DNA of 63,469 nt from Lewinellaceae bacterium (GTDB taxonomy: Bacteria > Bacteroidota > Bacteroidia > Chitinophagales > Saprospiraceae), in the NCBI GenBank assembly GCA_029976695.1, contig JARQTN010000084.1:1-63469 (forward strand), in the 5' to 3' direction. Numbering within the stretch: the stretch's first letter is position 1; the number at the start of each line of letters is the position of its first letter. The notes beneath the pieces were generated by a model. That model saw nothing but the letters and a program-made list of their open reading frames with translations. It searched no databases and had not been told where the DNA came from. Made by a program: the position numbers and the translations under genes. This document shows, one piece after another, positions 19,642 through 31,552 of this stretch.

Positions 19642-20610
19642 TTGTATCCATTCAAAGGCATAAAACACCAAATCGTGGAAGTCAAACTGTTTTGTGGTAC
19701 CAATTCTCTTTACCTGGGGACTAAAATCGCAGATTATTACGGGTATGAACTCGGGAGGGTTCATATCCAGAAGTTCAGCGACGGAGAAATGCAGCCCGTC
19801 ATACAGGAATCTGTGCGTGGCACGTTTTCTTTTTTTATCCAGTCCACTTTTGCACCGGCTGACAACCTGCTCGAACTCCTCCTGCTGATCGACTCCGCAA
19901 AAAGGGCTTCCGCGGATTACATTACTGCCGTGATCCCGTACTTCGGGTATGCCAGGCAGGACAGGAAGGATAAACCGCGGGTCCCGATCTCGGCCAAGCT
20001 CATCGCAAACCTGCTGGTATCTGCGGGTGCCGACAGGATCATGACGATGGATCTGCACGCTGACCAGATCCAGGGCTTTTTCGATATTCCGCTTGACCAC
20101 TTGAAAAGCAATGCCATCTTCATCCCGTACCTTGAAGAGCAAAAAGTGGATGATGTCATCTTTGCCTCACCGGATGTCGGGGGCGTGAAACGTGCACGGA
20201 AATATGCCAAGCACTTCGGATGCGACATGGTGATCTGCGACAAGTACAGGCGGAAAGCCAATGAAGTTGCCGGGATGACAGTGATCGGCGAAGTGGAAGG
20301 CAGGGACGTCATCCTGATCGATGACCTCGTGGACACGGCAGGCACCCTTGCCCGGGCCGCAGAAGCGCTCCTGAAAAAAGGTGCAAAGTCTGTTCGGGCA
20401 ATGTGTACACACCCCGTGCTTTCGGGAAATGCATACAAGACAATAGAGGAATCACTGCTCGATGAAGTCATCGTGACGGATACGATACCCCTCAAGAAAA
20501 GCTCCCCGAAGATCAAGGTGCTTTCATGTGCAAAGATCTTTGCCCGTGCGATCCGGAATACCCATGAGCACAGGTCCATATCTGCACTGTTTGTGGATGA
20601 AAGTGTGTAG
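19642..20610 (+). CDS. prs: Ribose-phosphate pyrophosphokinase
   Basis: 322 aa. 'KLFCGTNSLYLG...FSDGE' N-terminus. PRPP-binding 'VILIDDLVDTAGT'. The annotated start is TTG; a GTG about 30 nt downstream is an alternative. Confidence 0.85.
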   Translation: MYPFKGIKHQIVEVKLFCGTNSLYLGTKIADYYGYELGRVHIQKFSDGEMQPVIQESVRGTFSFFIQSTFAPADNLLELLLLIDSAKRASADYITAVIPYFGYARQDRKDKPRVPISAKLIANLLVSAGADRIMTMDLHADQIQGFFDIPLDHLKSNAIFIPYLEEQKVDDVIFASPDVGGVKRARKYAKHFGCDMVICDKYRRKANEVAGMTVIGEVEGRDVILIDDLVDTAGTLARAAEALLKKGAKSVRAMCTHPVLSGNAYKTIEESLLDEVIVTDTIPLKKSSPKIKVLSCAKIFARAIRNTHEHRSISALFVDESV

Positions 20611-20664
20611 TCCTTTTTTATCCTAAAAAGCGACTGAAAACCTCGGAGATTTCTCAGGAATCAT

Positions 20665-20672
20665 TATTTTTG
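20665..20672 (+). promoter_or_regulatory. Candidate Bacteroidota sigma-A -7 box (TAnnTTTG) upstream of rplY
   Basis: 'tatttttg' about 36 nt upstream of the rplY ATG. No clear -33 TTG element. Confidence 0.25.
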
Positions 20673-20707
20673 CGTCCATTTTGTAAGAAAGTATCAATCT
20701 AGTAGTC

Positions 20708-21364
20708 ATGGAATTTGTAGCAGTTCAGGGTGAACCCAGGGAGTTGGCCCGTAAAAAAGGAGCAAAAGCAGTGCGCAGGGAAGGAAAAATTCCTTGTGTT
20801 TTGTACGGGGGTACTGAGGCCAAACATTTCTCTGTCGAGCCGCTTGCCGTGAGGGAGGTGATCTACACGCCGGAATTCAAAGGTGTTGAACTCGATATCG
20901 ATGGGGAAAAGGTGAAATGTTTCGTAAAAGACGTGCAGTATCACCCGGTAACTGACGAGATCGTCCATATCGATTTTCTCAGGCTTGTGGACGGACGCAA
21001 GGTCAAGGTCGACATCCCGGTGAGTTTCCAGGGTGTGGCTCCGGGCCTGAAAAGTGGAGGTAACTTCATTAAAAAACTGAGGAAGATCTCAATCAAAACA
21101 GTTCCTGAAAAACTCGTAAATGAACTGAACCTTGATGTGTCTACCCTCGAACTCGGCCACTCCCTCAGGGTGCGTGATATCGAAGGACACGAAGGGATCG
21201 AGATCCTCAACAATCCGGCCCAGCCGGTGGCCTCCATTGAGGTGCCAAGGATCCTGAAATCCGATCCTGCACTGCTTGAAACAGATGAGGATGAAGAAGA
21301 AGGTGAAGGAGAAGAAGGTGCCGAAGGTGGTGAAGGCGGAGAAACAACCGAAAGCGAAGGATAG
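20708..21364 (+). CDS. rplY: 50S ribosomal protein L25 / general stress protein Ctc, with acidic C-terminal tail
   Basis: 218 aa. 'RKKGAKAVRREGKIPCVLYGG' N-terminus. E/G-rich tail (EDEEEGEGEEGAEGGEGGETTESEG). Confidence 0.85.
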   Translation: MEFVAVQGEPRELARKKGAKAVRREGKIPCVLYGGTEAKHFSVEPLAVREVIYTPEFKGVELDIDGEKVKCFVKDVQYHPVTDEIVHIDFLRLVDGRKVKVDIPVSFQGVAPGLKSGGNFIKKLRKISIKTVPEKLVNELNLDVSTLELGHSLRVRDIEGHEGIEILNNPAQPVASIEVPRILKSDPALLETDEDEEEGEGEEGAEGGEGGETTESEG

Positions 21365-21392
21365 GAGTGGAGATCCAAAGATAGAAGACGAA

Positions 21393-21436
21393 AAGCCGGC
21401 TGGAGGAAGGAATCATCCAGCCGGCTTTTATTTTTG
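21393..21436 (+). terminator. Rho-independent terminator after rplY
   Basis: gccggctgg ... ccagccggc perfect 9-bp stem followed by ttttatttttg. Confidence 0.6.
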
Positions 21437-21440
21437 TAGC

Positions 21441-22229
21441 ATGGCACAATTCATTCAGCAAAAACTCGGGATCGGGTGGATCCAGTTCGATATCGCCTGG
21501 CACAATCCTGAAGAGAACCAGTCGAAAATTGAAAAGTTGCTCCCTTTGTTCCCCGGGGATCTGGATATGCTCTTCCTGCCTGAAATGTTTACCACCGGAT
21601 TTTCGATGGACCCGGCTGCCTGTGCACAGTCGATGACAGGAAGAACGGTTCAGTGGATGTACGCACTGGCTTCAGAATTGGAAATCCTTGTGGGTGGCAG
21701 TGCTGTGATCCGGGCAGGGGACGGGTTTGTCAACAGGTTTTTGCTCGCTTTTCCTGATGGCCGGCTGGAATACTATGACAAGCGGCACCTCTTTAACCAT
21801 GCCGGCGAAGGGGACCATTACAAACCCGGTGACTCGCGCAAAGTCGTTTCTTACAAGGGGTGGCGCATCATGCCGCAGATTTGCTATGACCTGCGCTTCC
21901 CGGTCTGGAGCAGAAACAACCTGGGTTATGACATGCTTGTCTATGTGGCGAACTGGCCAAAAACCAGGGTGCACCACTGGGACCGCCTTCTCCTGGCCAG
22001 GGCGATTGAAAACCAGTCCTATGCATTGGGTGTCAACCGGATCGGGAAGGATGCGAACAGGCTGGAATATACCGGCCATAGTGGCCTGGCTTCTTTTGAT
22101 GGACAGTGGATCACGCACGCAGGCGCTGAAGAATCTGTCTTCTGGGCCTATCTCGACCATGACAGGTTAAGTGACTACAGGGATACATTTGCCTTCCTCC
22201 GGGATCAGGACACCTTTCTGATACAATAA
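21441..22229 (+). CDS. Carbon-nitrogen hydrolase family amidohydrolase (omega-amidase/YafV-like)
   Basis: ORF 21276..22229. The true start is probably Met at 21441 (MAQFIQQKLGIGWIQFDIAWHNPEEN). 'FLPEMFTTGF', catalytic 'ICYDLRFP'. The upstream Lys-rich extension overlaps the rplY tail in another frame and is treated as an artefact. Confidence 0.75.
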   Translation: MAQFIQQKLGIGWIQFDIAWHNPEENQSKIEKLLPLFPGDLDMLFLPEMFTTGFSMDPAACAQSMTGRTVQWMYALASELEILVGGSAVIRAGDGFVNRFLLAFPDGRLEYYDKRHLFNHAGEGDHYKPGDSRKVVSYKGWRIMPQICYDLRFPVWSRNNLGYDMLVYVANWPKTRVHHWDRLLLARAIENQSYALGVNRIGKDANRLEYTGHSGLASFDGQWITHAGAEESVFWAYLDHDRLSDYRDTFAFLRDQDTFLIQ

Positions 22230-22338
22230 CCACGCTTTCCATATCGTACAAAGACCGGGCAAACCATCGCCCGACATTGGTATGATTATTGCATTAAAAT
22301 TTATCTTAATGTGTAAATTGCTGGTTAATTGACAGGAT

Positions 22339-22941
22339 ATGGGATATTTCATGCGTACGTTGGTGATTTTGTCGTTCGGTTTGTTGGTTGTCAGCTGCAG
22401 TGCCCCCCGCTCGGCAGGCCATCAGGATTATACGCGAAACAGCAGCAGGACAAAATCGACGACAGCGAACCGCAAGCCGGATCCGGCTTATCGCACACCC
22501 TACCCAGCGATGCGTTCTGCTTCGGGGAAGCGTTCCGAGGCTGTCCGATATGCGAAAACCCTTGTGGGTTCCAGGTATAAATACGGAGGAAGTGACAAGC
22601 GGGGATTCGATTGTTCAGGGTTCACATCATTTGTCCTGCGCCATATCGGGTTGTCGATTCCGCGGACTTCTGCACAACAGGCTTTGGGTGGACAGAAGAT
22701 CCACTGGAAAAATGCGCAGGCCGGTGACCTTGTGTTCTTTGGCCGTGGTGGAAAGATCGATCATGTGGGCATTGTGGAAAGCAATCGTGGCCGGCAATTG
22801 TATGTCATCCACAGTACCAGTTCCGATGGGGTCAGGATCGACGAAGTGCTGAATCATCCTTACTGGTCTGGAAGGATCCTGGGAGCTTCAACCTACCTCG
22901 ACCGGCCTGGTTTCCAGGCTGAATCAGCCGGGGAAGACTGA
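22339..22941 (+). CDS. C40-family (NlpC/P60) peptidoglycan endopeptidase lipoprotein
   Basis: 200 aa. Lipobox 'LLVVSCSA'. 'YKYGGSDKRGFDCSGFTSFVL ... DHVGIV ... VIHSTS' Cys-His catalytic motifs. Confidence 0.8.
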   Translation: MGYFMRTLVILSFGLLVVSCSAPRSAGHQDYTRNSSRTKSTTANRKPDPAYRTPYPAMRSASGKRSEAVRYAKTLVGSRYKYGGSDKRGFDCSGFTSFVLRHIGLSIPRTSAQQALGGQKIHWKNAQAGDLVFFGRGGKIDHVGIVESNRGRQLYVIHSTSSDGVRIDEVLNHPYWSGRILGASTYLDRPGFQAESAGED

Positions 22942-23052
22942 AATTGGCCATCTACCTGACTCTGCAATCAACGGAGCCCCGAACTTTGTGCAAGTGAATC
23001 CCTTTTTCACATCAGTTATCGGTATATTCGCTATTCGCTAAAATCAGAACAA

Positions 23053-23631
23053 ATGTTAAATCTCATACTCTTCGGCCCTCCGGGGTCCGGGAAAGGAACA
23101 CAGGCCGCAAAGCTTGTCGACAAGTACAAGTTGCTCCATATTTCAACAGGTGACCTGTTCAGGTACGAAATTGGGCACAAAACCGAACTCGGAATGAAAG
23201 CCCAGCAGTACATTTCCAAAGGTGAATTGGTGCCAGATGAAATTACGATCGGCATGTTGAAGAACAAAGTGGAGGCAAACCTGGACGCAAACGGGTTCAT
23301 CTTCGACGGTTTTCCGCGGACGATCGCCCAGGCAAAGGCACTTGAGGATTACCTCCATTCAAGAAGTCTCGAAGTCGATGCCCTCCTGGCCCTGCATGTG
23401 CACGATGAGGAGATTGTCAAGAGGATCCTCAAGAGGGGAGAGACTTCCGGACGCCCTGATGACCTGGATGAATCCATCATCCGCAACCGGATTGAAGTCT
23501 ACAAGAGTGAGACGTCTCCGATCTATGACTATTTCGATAAGAAGGGCAAAGCCTATAAAGTGGACGGGATCGGGACGATTGACGAGATCTTTGACAGGCT
23601 CTGCAAGCAGATCGATTCAATACACATCTGA
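23053..23631 (+). CDS. adk: Adenylate kinase (short lid, no Zn motif)
   Basis: 192 aa. 'LILFGPPGSGKGTQA' P-loop. 'GFIFDGFPRT'. Confidence 0.9.
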   Translation: MLNLILFGPPGSGKGTQAAKLVDKYKLLHISTGDLFRYEIGHKTELGMKAQQYISKGELVPDEITIGMLKNKVEANLDANGFIFDGFPRTIAQAKALEDYLHSRSLEVDALLALHVHDEEIVKRILKRGETSGRPDDLDESIIRNRIEVYKSETSPIYDYFDKKGKAYKVDGIGTIDEIFDRLCKQIDSIHI

Positions 23632-23678
23632 CCGGGTGGCCTGCTTGAGGTGAGCAAAATGCAATAATTTCGAGGTGC

Positions 23679-24686
23679 ATGGCACAGCAGAACTTTGTGG
23701 ACTACGTGAAGATCATGTGCCGGTCGGGGCATGGTGGTGCCGGATCGGCTCATTTTCACAGGGACAAAAGAAACCCCAAGGGTGGGCCAGACGGAGGTGA
23801 CGGTGGCCGGGGAGGGCATATTATCCTGCGTGGCAATGCGCAAATGTGGACGCTTCTTCCTCTGAAATACCGCAAGCATGTGATCGCCGGCAACGGGCAA
23901 AATGGCAGTGGCAACAGGAAGACCGGTGCCCAGGGAGAGGATATTTATCTCGACGTGCCATTAGGTACTGTGGCCCGGGATGCAGAGTCCGGCAAGGTGC
24001 TTTTTGAGATCGCCGAACACGGGGAAGAAAAGATCCTCGCGGAAGGAGGACGCGGCGGTTTGGGGAATACCCATTTTACATCGCCCACACACCAGGCACC
24101 ACGCTATGCACAGCCCGGTGAGAGTGGCGTTGAAGAATGGAAGATCCTCGAGTTGAAGCTCCTTGCAGATGTCGGCCTGGTTGGCTTTCCGAACGCCGGA
24201 AAATCTACCCTTCTTTCAGCAGTATCCGCTGCCAAACCGGAAATCGCAAATTACCCGTTCACAACGCTGACGCCAAACCTGGGCATCGTCCAGTACCGTG
24301 ACTACCAGTCCTTTGTGATGGCAGATATTCCGGGGATCATTGAAAATGCACACCAGGGCAAAGGGCTTGGGCATCGCTTCCTCAGGCATATCGAACGGAA
24401 CGCCGTGCTGCTATTCCTCATTCCGGTCGATGCAGAAGAGATCATCCGTGAGTACAATATCCTGCTCAACGAACTGGAACAGTACAATCCGGAATTACTC
24501 GACAAGCCCCGCATTATTGCATTGTCCAAAAGTGACCTCGTCGATGAAGAGCTAAAAGGGTGGATCAGGGATGCACTTAAAGAGGCTCCTTTTGACGATT
24601 ATACATTCATCTCTGCCGTGACCGGGGAAGGGATCACTGTATTGAAAGACAAATTGTGGAAGTTGCTGAATCCGGAAGTAGGGTAG
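23679..24686 (+). CDS. obg: GTPase Obg/CgtA
   Basis: 335 aa. Obg-fold glycine-rich N-terminus (GGDGGRGG). G-domain '[12 protein letters not shown]' and 'DIPGIIE'. Confidence 0.9.
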   Translation: MAQQNFVDYVKIMCRSGHGGAGSAHFHRDKRNPKGGPDGGDGGRGGHIILRGNAQMWTLLPLKYRKHVIAGNGQNGSGNRKTGAQGEDIYLDVPLGTVARDAESGKVLFEIAEHGEEKILAEGGRGGLGNTHFTSPTHQAPRYAQPGESGVEEWKILELKLLADVGLVGFPNAGKSTLLSAVSAAKPEIANYPFTTLTPNLGIVQYRDYQSFVMADIPGIIENAHQGKGLGHRFLRHIERNAVLLFLIPVDAEEIIREYNILLNELEQYNPELLDKPRIIALSKSDLVDEELKGWIRDALKEAPFDDYTFISAVTGEGITVLKDKLWKLLNPEVG

Positions 24687-24710
24687 ACCAGCCAGGGTGT
24701 AATTTTCTGT

Positions 24711-25238
24711 TTATTCAGAACGGTCATTGATGATGTCCTCGATCATGTCCCAGAAATCCTGGAAAAGAGGTTTGAATTCAAGGAGAAATGCCTGGAGCCT
24801 GGCCGGCACATCGATCAGGAAGGCATATGATTTTGATGTAAGCCTTTGGTGGTCGCTGATGAGCTGGGTCTGGTCAAGAAACCAGATGATGATACTGTAG
24901 GAGAGGACCATCAGTAGTCCAAGCAGAATGCCCCCAAGCAGCTTGCTGATGATGTTGAGCTTCGCCTTGCGCAGCATTTTGTCCACATTCTTGCCTACCC
25001 ATCTCAGGAGGAACGTAATCGCCAGGTAACACAGCAACACACCTGCGATGAATGAGATCAGCTTGTCCATGGCGATGTTGTCCCGGATCAGTACGACCAC
25101 CCACGGCGAGAGTTTCAGGGTGAGCAACAGGCCTACAATCACAAGGATCAGGGAGAAAAGTGTACGGATGAAGCCTTTCCTGAATCCTACCCAGAGGCCA
25201 TACAAAGCAAACAGAACAAGTACGATATCGATATACAT
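24711..25238 (-). CDS. CvpA-family membrane protein
   Basis: 175 aa. Four TM helices. 'MYIDIVLVLFALYGLWVGFRKGFI' is a typical CvpA N-terminus. Confidence 0.75.
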   Translation of the reverse strand: MYIDIVLVLFALYGLWVGFRKGFIRTLFSLILVIVGLLLTLKLSPWVVVLIRDNIAMDKLISFIAGVLLCYLAITFLLRWVGKNVDKMLRKAKLNIISKLLGGILLGLLMVLSYSIIIWFLDQTQLISDHQRLTSKSYAFLIDVPARLQAFLLEFKPLFQDFWDMIEDIINDRSE

Positions 25239-25442
25239 AAATCTGCTATATGAATGGTTTTATTCTGTTTGACAGAATTTTACATATTAAATAATAAATT
25301 AATAAGTATAGCCGGTGAGTGTTAAAGTATTTGTTAAAGTTAAATTAAAATCCTATTTTTCACGCCTGTACGGCACTTTAATCGATTGAATGTCTGTTTA
25401 TTCGAATGAAAAAGCGGTATCAACAGACAAAATTGCAACTCC

Positions 25443-25952
25443 TTGAAGGTACAACAGTATATCATCACATTTCTTTTATTGACAGGTCTTGCATTGCACG
25501 CTCACGCACAGGGCCAGGACAATAAAAAAGCAGAGGTCCCGCGGGTATTCCTGATCGGTGAATACGCGGATCAATATGCGCGGATCTCTTCAGAGCATCC
25601 GGCAAACCTGTTGTCTGTATACCAGAACGATATGGAGCTTGCGTATGAAAAGTGGGCCGGCATGCTTGTTGAAATGGAGCATTATGCCGATGAGATCGAG
25701 TATGATATCAAGGGACTGAAACTTTGGCTTCATGCCTACTTCAAACCGGATGGGACGATCCAGTATCTCTCATTCTATCCGAAACCAAACTCCAGGAATG
25801 TCCCGGTTGAAGAACTGATCGCCTTCTTCAAGTCGTTTTGCAAGGTATACCGGATACAGGTCAATACTGACCTCGGGTTCCAGCAGTCAGCCAGTGCAAG
25901 TTTCCCTACTTTCTTCGGGGGGATCCACAAAGATTCTGCGAAGAAGGAATAG
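25443..25952 (+). CDS. Secreted hypothetical protein
   Basis: 169 aa. Signal peptide 'FLLLTGLALHAHAQ'. No recognisable motif. Confidence 0.4.
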   Translation: MKVQQYIITFLLLTGLALHAHAQGQDNKKAEVPRVFLIGEYADQYARISSEHPANLLSVYQNDMELAYEKWAGMLVEMEHYADEIEYDIKGLKLWLHAYFKPDGTIQYLSFYPKPNSRNVPVEELIAFFKSFCKVYRIQVNTDLGFQQSASASFPTFFGGIHKDSAKKE

Positions 25953-26064
25953 CCTCTCGTATTCAAATTATTTTTTTTCTTAATGTGATTGACTATTTTT
26001 GTTCAGCCCGCCAGGGTGGTTCGCATAGGCTTTTTCATTTTCTCAAAACACAGGTTTAAGCACA

Positions 26065-27984
26065 ATGTCGCAGGTACAATACACAGAAGATCAAATCAAA
26101 TCTTTAGACTGGAAAGAGCATATCCGCATGCGTCCCGGCATGTATATCGGAAAACTTGGTAACGGGACATCCGCGGATGACGGTATTTACATCCTCCTCA
26201 AGGAAGTGATCGATAATTCGATCGATGAATTCGTTATGGGCTTTGGGAAGGTGATTGAGATCGTAGAGGAAAACGGGACCATCCGGGTACGCGATTACGG
26301 GAGGGGAATCCCCCTCGGGAAAGTAGTGGATTGCGTATCCAGGATCAATACTGGCGGGAAGTATGACAGCAAGGCATTCAAGAAATCCGTTGGCCTGAAC
26401 GGTGTCGGTACGAAAGCAGTGAACGCGCTCAGCATTCATTTCAAGGTGTCTGCAATCCGGGATGGCAAAATGAAGACAGCGGTCTTCCGGCAGGGAGAAT
26501 TGCAAAAAGATGAAAAGGTAAGGAAGACAGACGAGCCAAACGGGACACTGATCGAGTTTACGGCAGATCCGGAGATTTTCGATACATACAAGTATCAGAG
26601 CGAATTTATCGAGCAGCAGTTGTGGAATTATTGCTATCTCAATGCCGGCCTGAAGATCAAATACAACGGCAAAACCTTTCAGAGCAGGAACGGCTTGCTG
26701 GACCTCCTGGAAAGGAAAACAGCGAATGAAAAATTGCGTTACCCGATCATTCACCTGAGCGGGTATGATATCGAGTTTGCGATGTCCCACGGGCAGCATT
26801 ACGGCGAGACATATCATTCATTTGTCAATGGCCAGAATACTACCCAGGGTGGAACACACCTTGCTGCATTCCGTGAATCTGTGGTCAAAACGATACGTGA
26901 CTTCTACAACAAGAGTTTTGATGCCCGCGACATCCGGACCAGCATTATTGCAGCGATCAGCGTGCGCGTGGAAGAGCCTGTTTTCGAATCGCAAACCAAG
27001 ACGAAGCTTGGCTCTGTGAATATTGGGCCTGACGGGCCGACGCTGCGTACATTTGTCAATGACTTCGTTTCAAAGGAGCTGGATAATTACCTGCACCGGG
27101 AACCTGAAGTGGCGAAAGCACTCCTCAAGCGCATTCAGCAATCCGAACGTGAGCGAAAGGAAATTGCCGGCATAAAGAAACTGGCCAACCAGCGGGCCAG
27201 GTCGGCAAACCTGAGGAACAAGAAACTCCGTGACTGCAGGGTACACCTCAATGATTCCAGGGCGGAAGAGGATGTGAAAAAACAGACGACGATCTTCATC
27301 ACAGAGGGGGATAGTGCAAGTGGATCGATTACCAAGGCCCGGGATGTCCAGACACAGGCAGTCTTCAGTTTGCGCGGGAAACCATTAAACTGTTACGGGA
27401 TGACAAAAAAGGTGGTTTACCAAAATGAGGAGCTCAATCTCCTGCAGCATGCGCTCGACATTGAGGACGGTCTGGAAAACCTTCGGTTTAACAGGGTGGT
27501 GATCGCCACGGACGCGGATGTGGATGGGATGCACATCAGGTTATTGCTGTTGACTTTCTTCCTCCAGTTCTTCCCCGACCTCGTCCGGGAGGGCCATCTT
27601 TATATCCTGGATACACCCCTCTTCAGGGTGCGCGACAAGAAACAGACATTCTATTGCTACTCGGAGCGTGAAAAACAGGAAGCAATCCAAAAACTGAAAG
27701 GAAAGCCCGAGATTACAAGGTTTAAAGGGCTTGGGGAGATCTCCCCGGAAGAGTTTGGCGGATTTATCGGCGCAGACATCAGGCTCGAAAAAGTGATCAT
27801 GAATGATGATACGAATGTGGATGACATCCTGGAGTATTTTATGGGCAAGAACACCCCCAGCAGGCAGGATTTCATTATCGACAACCTGAAGATCGAACTA
27901 GACGAGCTGGATGAGGGGAATCAGCCAGGGAGCGAACAGCCGGAGAAGGCACGTGCGGATATGGGCGACCCCGCGCTTGCCTGA
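26065..27984 (+). CDS. parE: Type IIA DNA topoisomerase subunit B (ParE-like, topoisomerase IV)
   Basis: 639 aa. GHKL ATPase '[12 protein letters not shown]', TOPRIM '[11 protein letters not shown]', and '[13 protein letters not shown]'. The length fits ParE rather than GyrB. Confidence 0.8.
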   Translation: MSQVQYTEDQIKSLDWKEHIRMRPGMYIGKLGNGTSADDGIYILLKEVIDNSIDEFVMGFGKVIEIVEENGTIRVRDYGRGIPLGKVVDCVSRINTGGKYDSKAFKKSVGLNGVGTKAVNALSIHFKVSAIRDGKMKTAVFRQGELQKDEKVRKTDEPNGTLIEFTADPEIFDTYKYQSEFIEQQLWNYCYLNAGLKIKYNGKTFQSRNGLLDLLERKTANEKLRYPIIHLSGYDIEFAMSHGQHYGETYHSFVNGQNTTQGGTHLAAFRESVVKTIRDFYNKSFDARDIRTSIIAAISVRVEEPVFESQTKTKLGSVNIGPDGPTLRTFVNDFVSKELDNYLHREPEVAKALLKRIQQSERERKEIAGIKKLANQRARSANLRNKKLRDCRVHLNDSRAEEDVKKQTTIFITEGDSASGSITKARDVQTQAVFSLRGKPLNCYGMTKKVVYQNEELNLLQHALDIEDGLENLRFNRVVIATDADVDGMHIRLLLLTFFLQFFPDLVREGHLYILDTPLFRVRDKKQTFYCYSEREKQEAIQKLKGKPEITRFKGLGEISPEEFGGFIGADIRLEKVIMNDDTNVDDILEYFMGKNTPSRQDFIIDNLKIELDELDEGNQPGSEQPEKARADMGDPALA

Positions 27985-28134
27985 CTGACTTTTTGACGTG
28001 TATTTTCTCAAATTTCTGGTCATGAGCACCCGAAGGATCTTCCTGGGTCCAATGGCATGGTAATTGACCCTATGCAAACACCCTGAAAACGGGGGGATTC
28101 TGTCAATCTGGCAGGACTAAAGAAACAATGGGAT

Positions 28135-30549
28135 ATGTTTGAAGAATTCAGTTTTAATCCAGAGAATATAGACGAAGGGGAATACATGCCGATTATTTCG
28201 GTAAGTGATGATGAAGAGCCAACGGAGCATGAAGAATTTCCAGAGATACTGCCCGTCCTGGCGCTGAAAAACACGGTCATGTTTCCCGGCATTGTGATTC
28301 CGATCACGGTCGGGCGGGAGAAATCCATTCGAGCCGTCAGGAAAGCTCACCGCGGAGACAAACTCGTGGCAGTGCTTTCACAGAAAGACGATTCCCTGGA
28401 GGATCCCGGTTTTGAAGACCTGTTCCGGATCGGAACGGTAGCGAAAATCCTCAAACTGCTCAAAATGCCTGACGGCTCGATTACTGCTATTTTGCAAGGC
28501 AGGGGCAGGTATGAGGTCATGGAACCAACATCGGAAGATCCCTACCTCGAAGCAAGGCTCGAGAAGATGCCATTCCAGAATGTGACGGATAATCTCGAAT
28601 TTGAGGCGTTGGTTTCCTCCATCAGGGAATTGTCCGAGAAGATCATCCGGATGTCGCCGAATATCCCGACCGAAGCTGTGGTGATGATCAAAAACATCAA
28701 GAACGATGGCTTCCTGCTGAGTTTTGTGGCTTCAAACCTTGGCATTGATGTGGAAAAAAAGCAGGAGCTGCTTGAATACCGCGATACGGTGAAAATGGCA
28801 AAGCGGGTGCACGAATTCATGCATAATGAAATGCAGATCCTCGAGCTGAAGAACCAGATCGAGAACAAGGTGCGCGGTGATATCGAGAAGCAGCAGCGTG
28901 ACTATTTCCTGAATCAGCAATTGAAAATGATCCAGGAGGAATTGGGCCAGAGCCCGCACGAGGAGGAGCTTGCCGAACTTGAACAACGGGCCAGGAAGAA
29001 GAAATGGGATGAAAGTGTCGCTGAAGTCTTTGAAAAGGAATTGGGGAAGGCAAGGCGGATCAATCCGCAGGTTGCGGAGTATTCCGTAACACTTAATTAC
29101 CTGGAATTGCTTCTTGACCTGCCATGGAACGAATACACGAAAGACAATTTCAACCTGCAGGATGTCAAAAAGGTCCTGGACAAAGACCATTTCGGCCTTG
29201 TGGATGTCAAAAAGCGGATCCTGGAGCATCTTGCTGTACTCAAGCTGAAAGGGGACATGAAGGCCCCGATCCTTTGTCTCGTGGGCCCTCCCGGCGTTGG
29301 AAAGACTTCCCTGGGGAAATCGATTGCCAATGCCCTGAAAAGGAAATTCGTGCGGATGTCTTTGGGCGGGCTGCACGACGAATCCGAGATCCGTGGACAC
29401 AGGCGGACATACATCGGTGCCATGCCCGGCAGGATCATCCAGGGCCTGAAGAAGGCAAAATCTGCCAACCCGGTATTCATCCTCGATGAGGTTGACAAGG
29501 TCGGCAAGGATTTCCGGGGGGATCCTTCCTCTGCATTGCTTGAAGTGCTTGATCCGGAACAGAATACGACCTTTCATGACAACTACCTGGAGCTGGAATA
29601 TGACCTTTCCAAGGTACTGTTTATCGCTACTGCAAACTCCCTGAGCTCAATTCAGCCCGCGTTGCTGGACAGGATGGAGATCATTGAGATCAGCGGGTAT
29701 TCGACCGAGGAGAAAATCGAGATTGCGAAGCATCACCTGATCCCGAAGCAAAGGAAGGAGCATGGGGTCACCGGGAAAGATGTGCGTCTGCCTGCAGAGA
29801 CCATTCGGGCGATCATAGAAAGCTATACCAAAGAATCCGGTGTGCGTGCGCTTGACAGGCAGATTGCATCGGTGATGCGCCACTATGCCAAGATGGTCGC
29901 CATGGATGAGCCGCACAGCCCTACTGTGCGCGCCGAGGAACTCCAGGAGATCCTGGGTCCAACCCGGTTCTCAAAAGAGCTGTATACAGAAAGCCAGGGG
30001 CCAGGTGTCGCCGTTGGCCTGGCATGGACGAGGGTCGGTGGGGACATACTGTTTATCGAGACAAGCCTGAGTGAAGGGAAAGGAAAACTGACCCTGACAG
30101 GTAACCTGGGTGATGTCATGAAGGAATCCGCCTCGACTGCGTTGAGTTTTATCAAGGCCAATTGTGACAAGATCGGCATTGAATCTTCAGTTTTTGGGCA
30201 GATGGATATCCATATCCACGTGCCTGAGGGGGCCATTCCAAAAGACGGCCCGTCTGCGGGCATTACCATGCTTACATCCATTGCTTCGGCATTCAGGAAA
30301 AAACCGATCAAACCCTTCCTGGCCATGACCGGGGAAATTACACTCCGCGGGAAGGTGCTCCCGGTCGGGGGGATCAAGGAAAAGGTTCTCGCAGCTAAAA
30401 GGGCTGGTATGAAAGAGATCCTGCTCAGTGCGGAGAATGAAAAACATGTCAGGGAAATTGACTCGGCCTACCTCGAAGGATTGAAATTCGTCTATGTGGA
30501 TCGGATGGAGGAGGTCCTGAACCACGCCCTGGGGATCTGGTCTTTTTAG
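28135..30549 (+). CDS. lon: ATP-dependent protease La (Lon)
   Basis: 804 aa. LON N-domain. Walker A 'GPPGVGKTS'. Protease '[15 protein letters not shown]' Ser and '...K' dyad. Confidence 0.9.
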   Translation: MFEEFSFNPENIDEGEYMPIISVSDDEEPTEHEEFPEILPVLALKNTVMFPGIVIPITVGREKSIRAVRKAHRGDKLVAVLSQKDDSLEDPGFEDLFRIGTVAKILKLLKMPDGSITAILQGRGRYEVMEPTSEDPYLEARLEKMPFQNVTDNLEFEALVSSIRELSEKIIRMSPNIPTEAVVMIKNIKNDGFLLSFVASNLGIDVEKKQELLEYRDTVKMAKRVHEFMHNEMQILELKNQIENKVRGDIEKQQRDYFLNQQLKMIQEELGQSPHEEELAELEQRARKKKWDESVAEVFEKELGKARRINPQVAEYSVTLNYLELLLDLPWNEYTKDNFNLQDVKKVLDKDHFGLVDVKKRILEHLAVLKLKGDMKAPILCLVGPPGVGKTSLGKSIANALKRKFVRMSLGGLHDESEIRGHRRTYIGAMPGRIIQGLKKAKSANPVFILDEVDKVGKDFRGDPSSALLEVLDPEQNTTFHDNYLELEYDLSKVLFIATANSLSSIQPALLDRMEIIEISGYSTEEKIEIAKHHLIPKQRKEHGVTGKDVRLPAETIRAIIESYTKESGVRALDRQIASVMRHYAKMVAMDEPHSPTVRAEELQEILGPTRFSKELYTESQGPGVAVGLAWTRVGGDILFIETSLSEGKGKLTLTGNLGDVMKESASTALSFIKANCDKIGIESSVFGQMDIHIHVPEGAIPKDGPSAGITMLTSIASAFRKKPIKPFLAMTGEITLRGKVLPVGGIKEKVLAAKRAGMKEILLSAENEKHVREIDSAYLEGLKFVYVDRMEEVLNHALGIWSF

Positions 30550-30678
30550 GGAACTGAACCTGAACGTTAAAGCTTTGTTAAATGGACAAGGCTTCCTTTC
30601 GGTGCCGCCGGGAAAGACCGTTATATGAGGTACATCCGGATTATTCTTATTTTTGACAGCCACAGGTAATTCTGCTCC

Positions 30679-31362
30679 ATGACGCACGCAAAACATTCCA
30701 GATACGCCATTTTTCAGAAGCTTTTTCTGATTGCCCTTTTCGTCATGGTGGGCCAGACACTGTTGAACGCCCAGAAAAAGTCGATACCCGATTCACTCAA
30801 AGCCATCCAGCTTTCCGGGGTTGTGGTTACTGAAGAAGAAGGCGAGGTCGTTCCATTGCCATATGTCAATATCTATGTAAAAGGAACCACCAGGGGAACC
30901 TTCTCCGGGAATGACGGCTTCTTTTCACTTGTCGTCCGGAAAGGGGAAATCGTCGTTTTTTCCACCGTCGGATTCAAAACCGTGGAATACACGGTCCCCG
31001 ACAGCCTGAACAGGACGCGCTACACGATCTACCAGATCCTCTCCAGGGACAATATTCTGCTGCCAGAGACAGTCGTGTACCCATGGCCATCCAGGGAGCA
31101 CTTCAATATCGAATTCCTGGCAATGGATGTGACGGATGTACTTGAAGAAAACGCCGTGGAGAACCTTTCCGAGAAAGCGCTTGCCCAGTTGCGTGAATAC
31201 CTGCCCTCGGATGGTGTTGAAAATGTCGGGCTTTACCTCAGGCAGCAGGCAGACAGCTATGTCTATGCCGGCCAGATCAAACCGATCAAGGTGCTGGATG
31301 TCTTTGCCTGGCAACGGTTCATCCAGGCCTGGAAAAGGGGCGATTTCAAGAAAAAGAAGTAA
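30679..31362 (+). CDS. Carboxypeptidase-regulatory-like (CarbopepD_reg) domain protein
   Basis: 227 aa. Signal/TM segment. 'LSGVVVTEEEGEVVPLPYVNIYVKGTTRGTFSGNDGFFSLVV' is typical of CarbopepD_reg_2. Confidence 0.55.
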   Translation: MTHAKHSRYAIFQKLFLIALFVMVGQTLLNAQKKSIPDSLKAIQLSGVVVTEEEGEVVPLPYVNIYVKGTTRGTFSGNDGFFSLVVRKGEIVVFSTVGFKTVEYTVPDSLNRTRYTIYQILSRDNILLPETVVYPWPSREHFNIEFLAMDVTDVLEENAVENLSEKALAQLREYLPSDGVENVGLYLRQQADSYVYAGQIKPIKVLDVFAWQRFIQAWKRGDFKKKK

Positions 31363-31531
31363 AAATCCTGCCTTCAGGCCACCCACTTTTTTCCCATAAA
31401 ATATTAACAAATTTTATAATGTGTTGATAATCAGCATTTTGGAGGTATCGTACTGCTGCTTTCAACATATTATACCTTTTTGGCATATGATTTGCTAAAT
31501 GTTAGCTGACAGGATTTTATATATGCGATGA

Positions 31532-31552
31532 TCTGGGGATATGTGATCCCCA
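31532..31552 (+). promoter_or_regulatory. 7-bp inverted repeat (ctgggga-N7-tccccag) about 35 nt upstream of the giant adhesin ORF
   Basis: Read directly in the AT-rich 220-nt leader region. Confidence 0.25.

Noticed and set aside
21276-21440. Lys-rich 55-aa N-terminal extension (MKQMRMKKKVKEKKVPK...) on the amidohydrolase ORF, overlapping the rplY 3' end
   Set aside because: It is the +1 frame of the GAA/GGT-rich DNA that encodes the rplY acidic tail. A strong terminator lies within it, and the amidohydrolase homology starts at the Met at 21441. It is a frame artefact.
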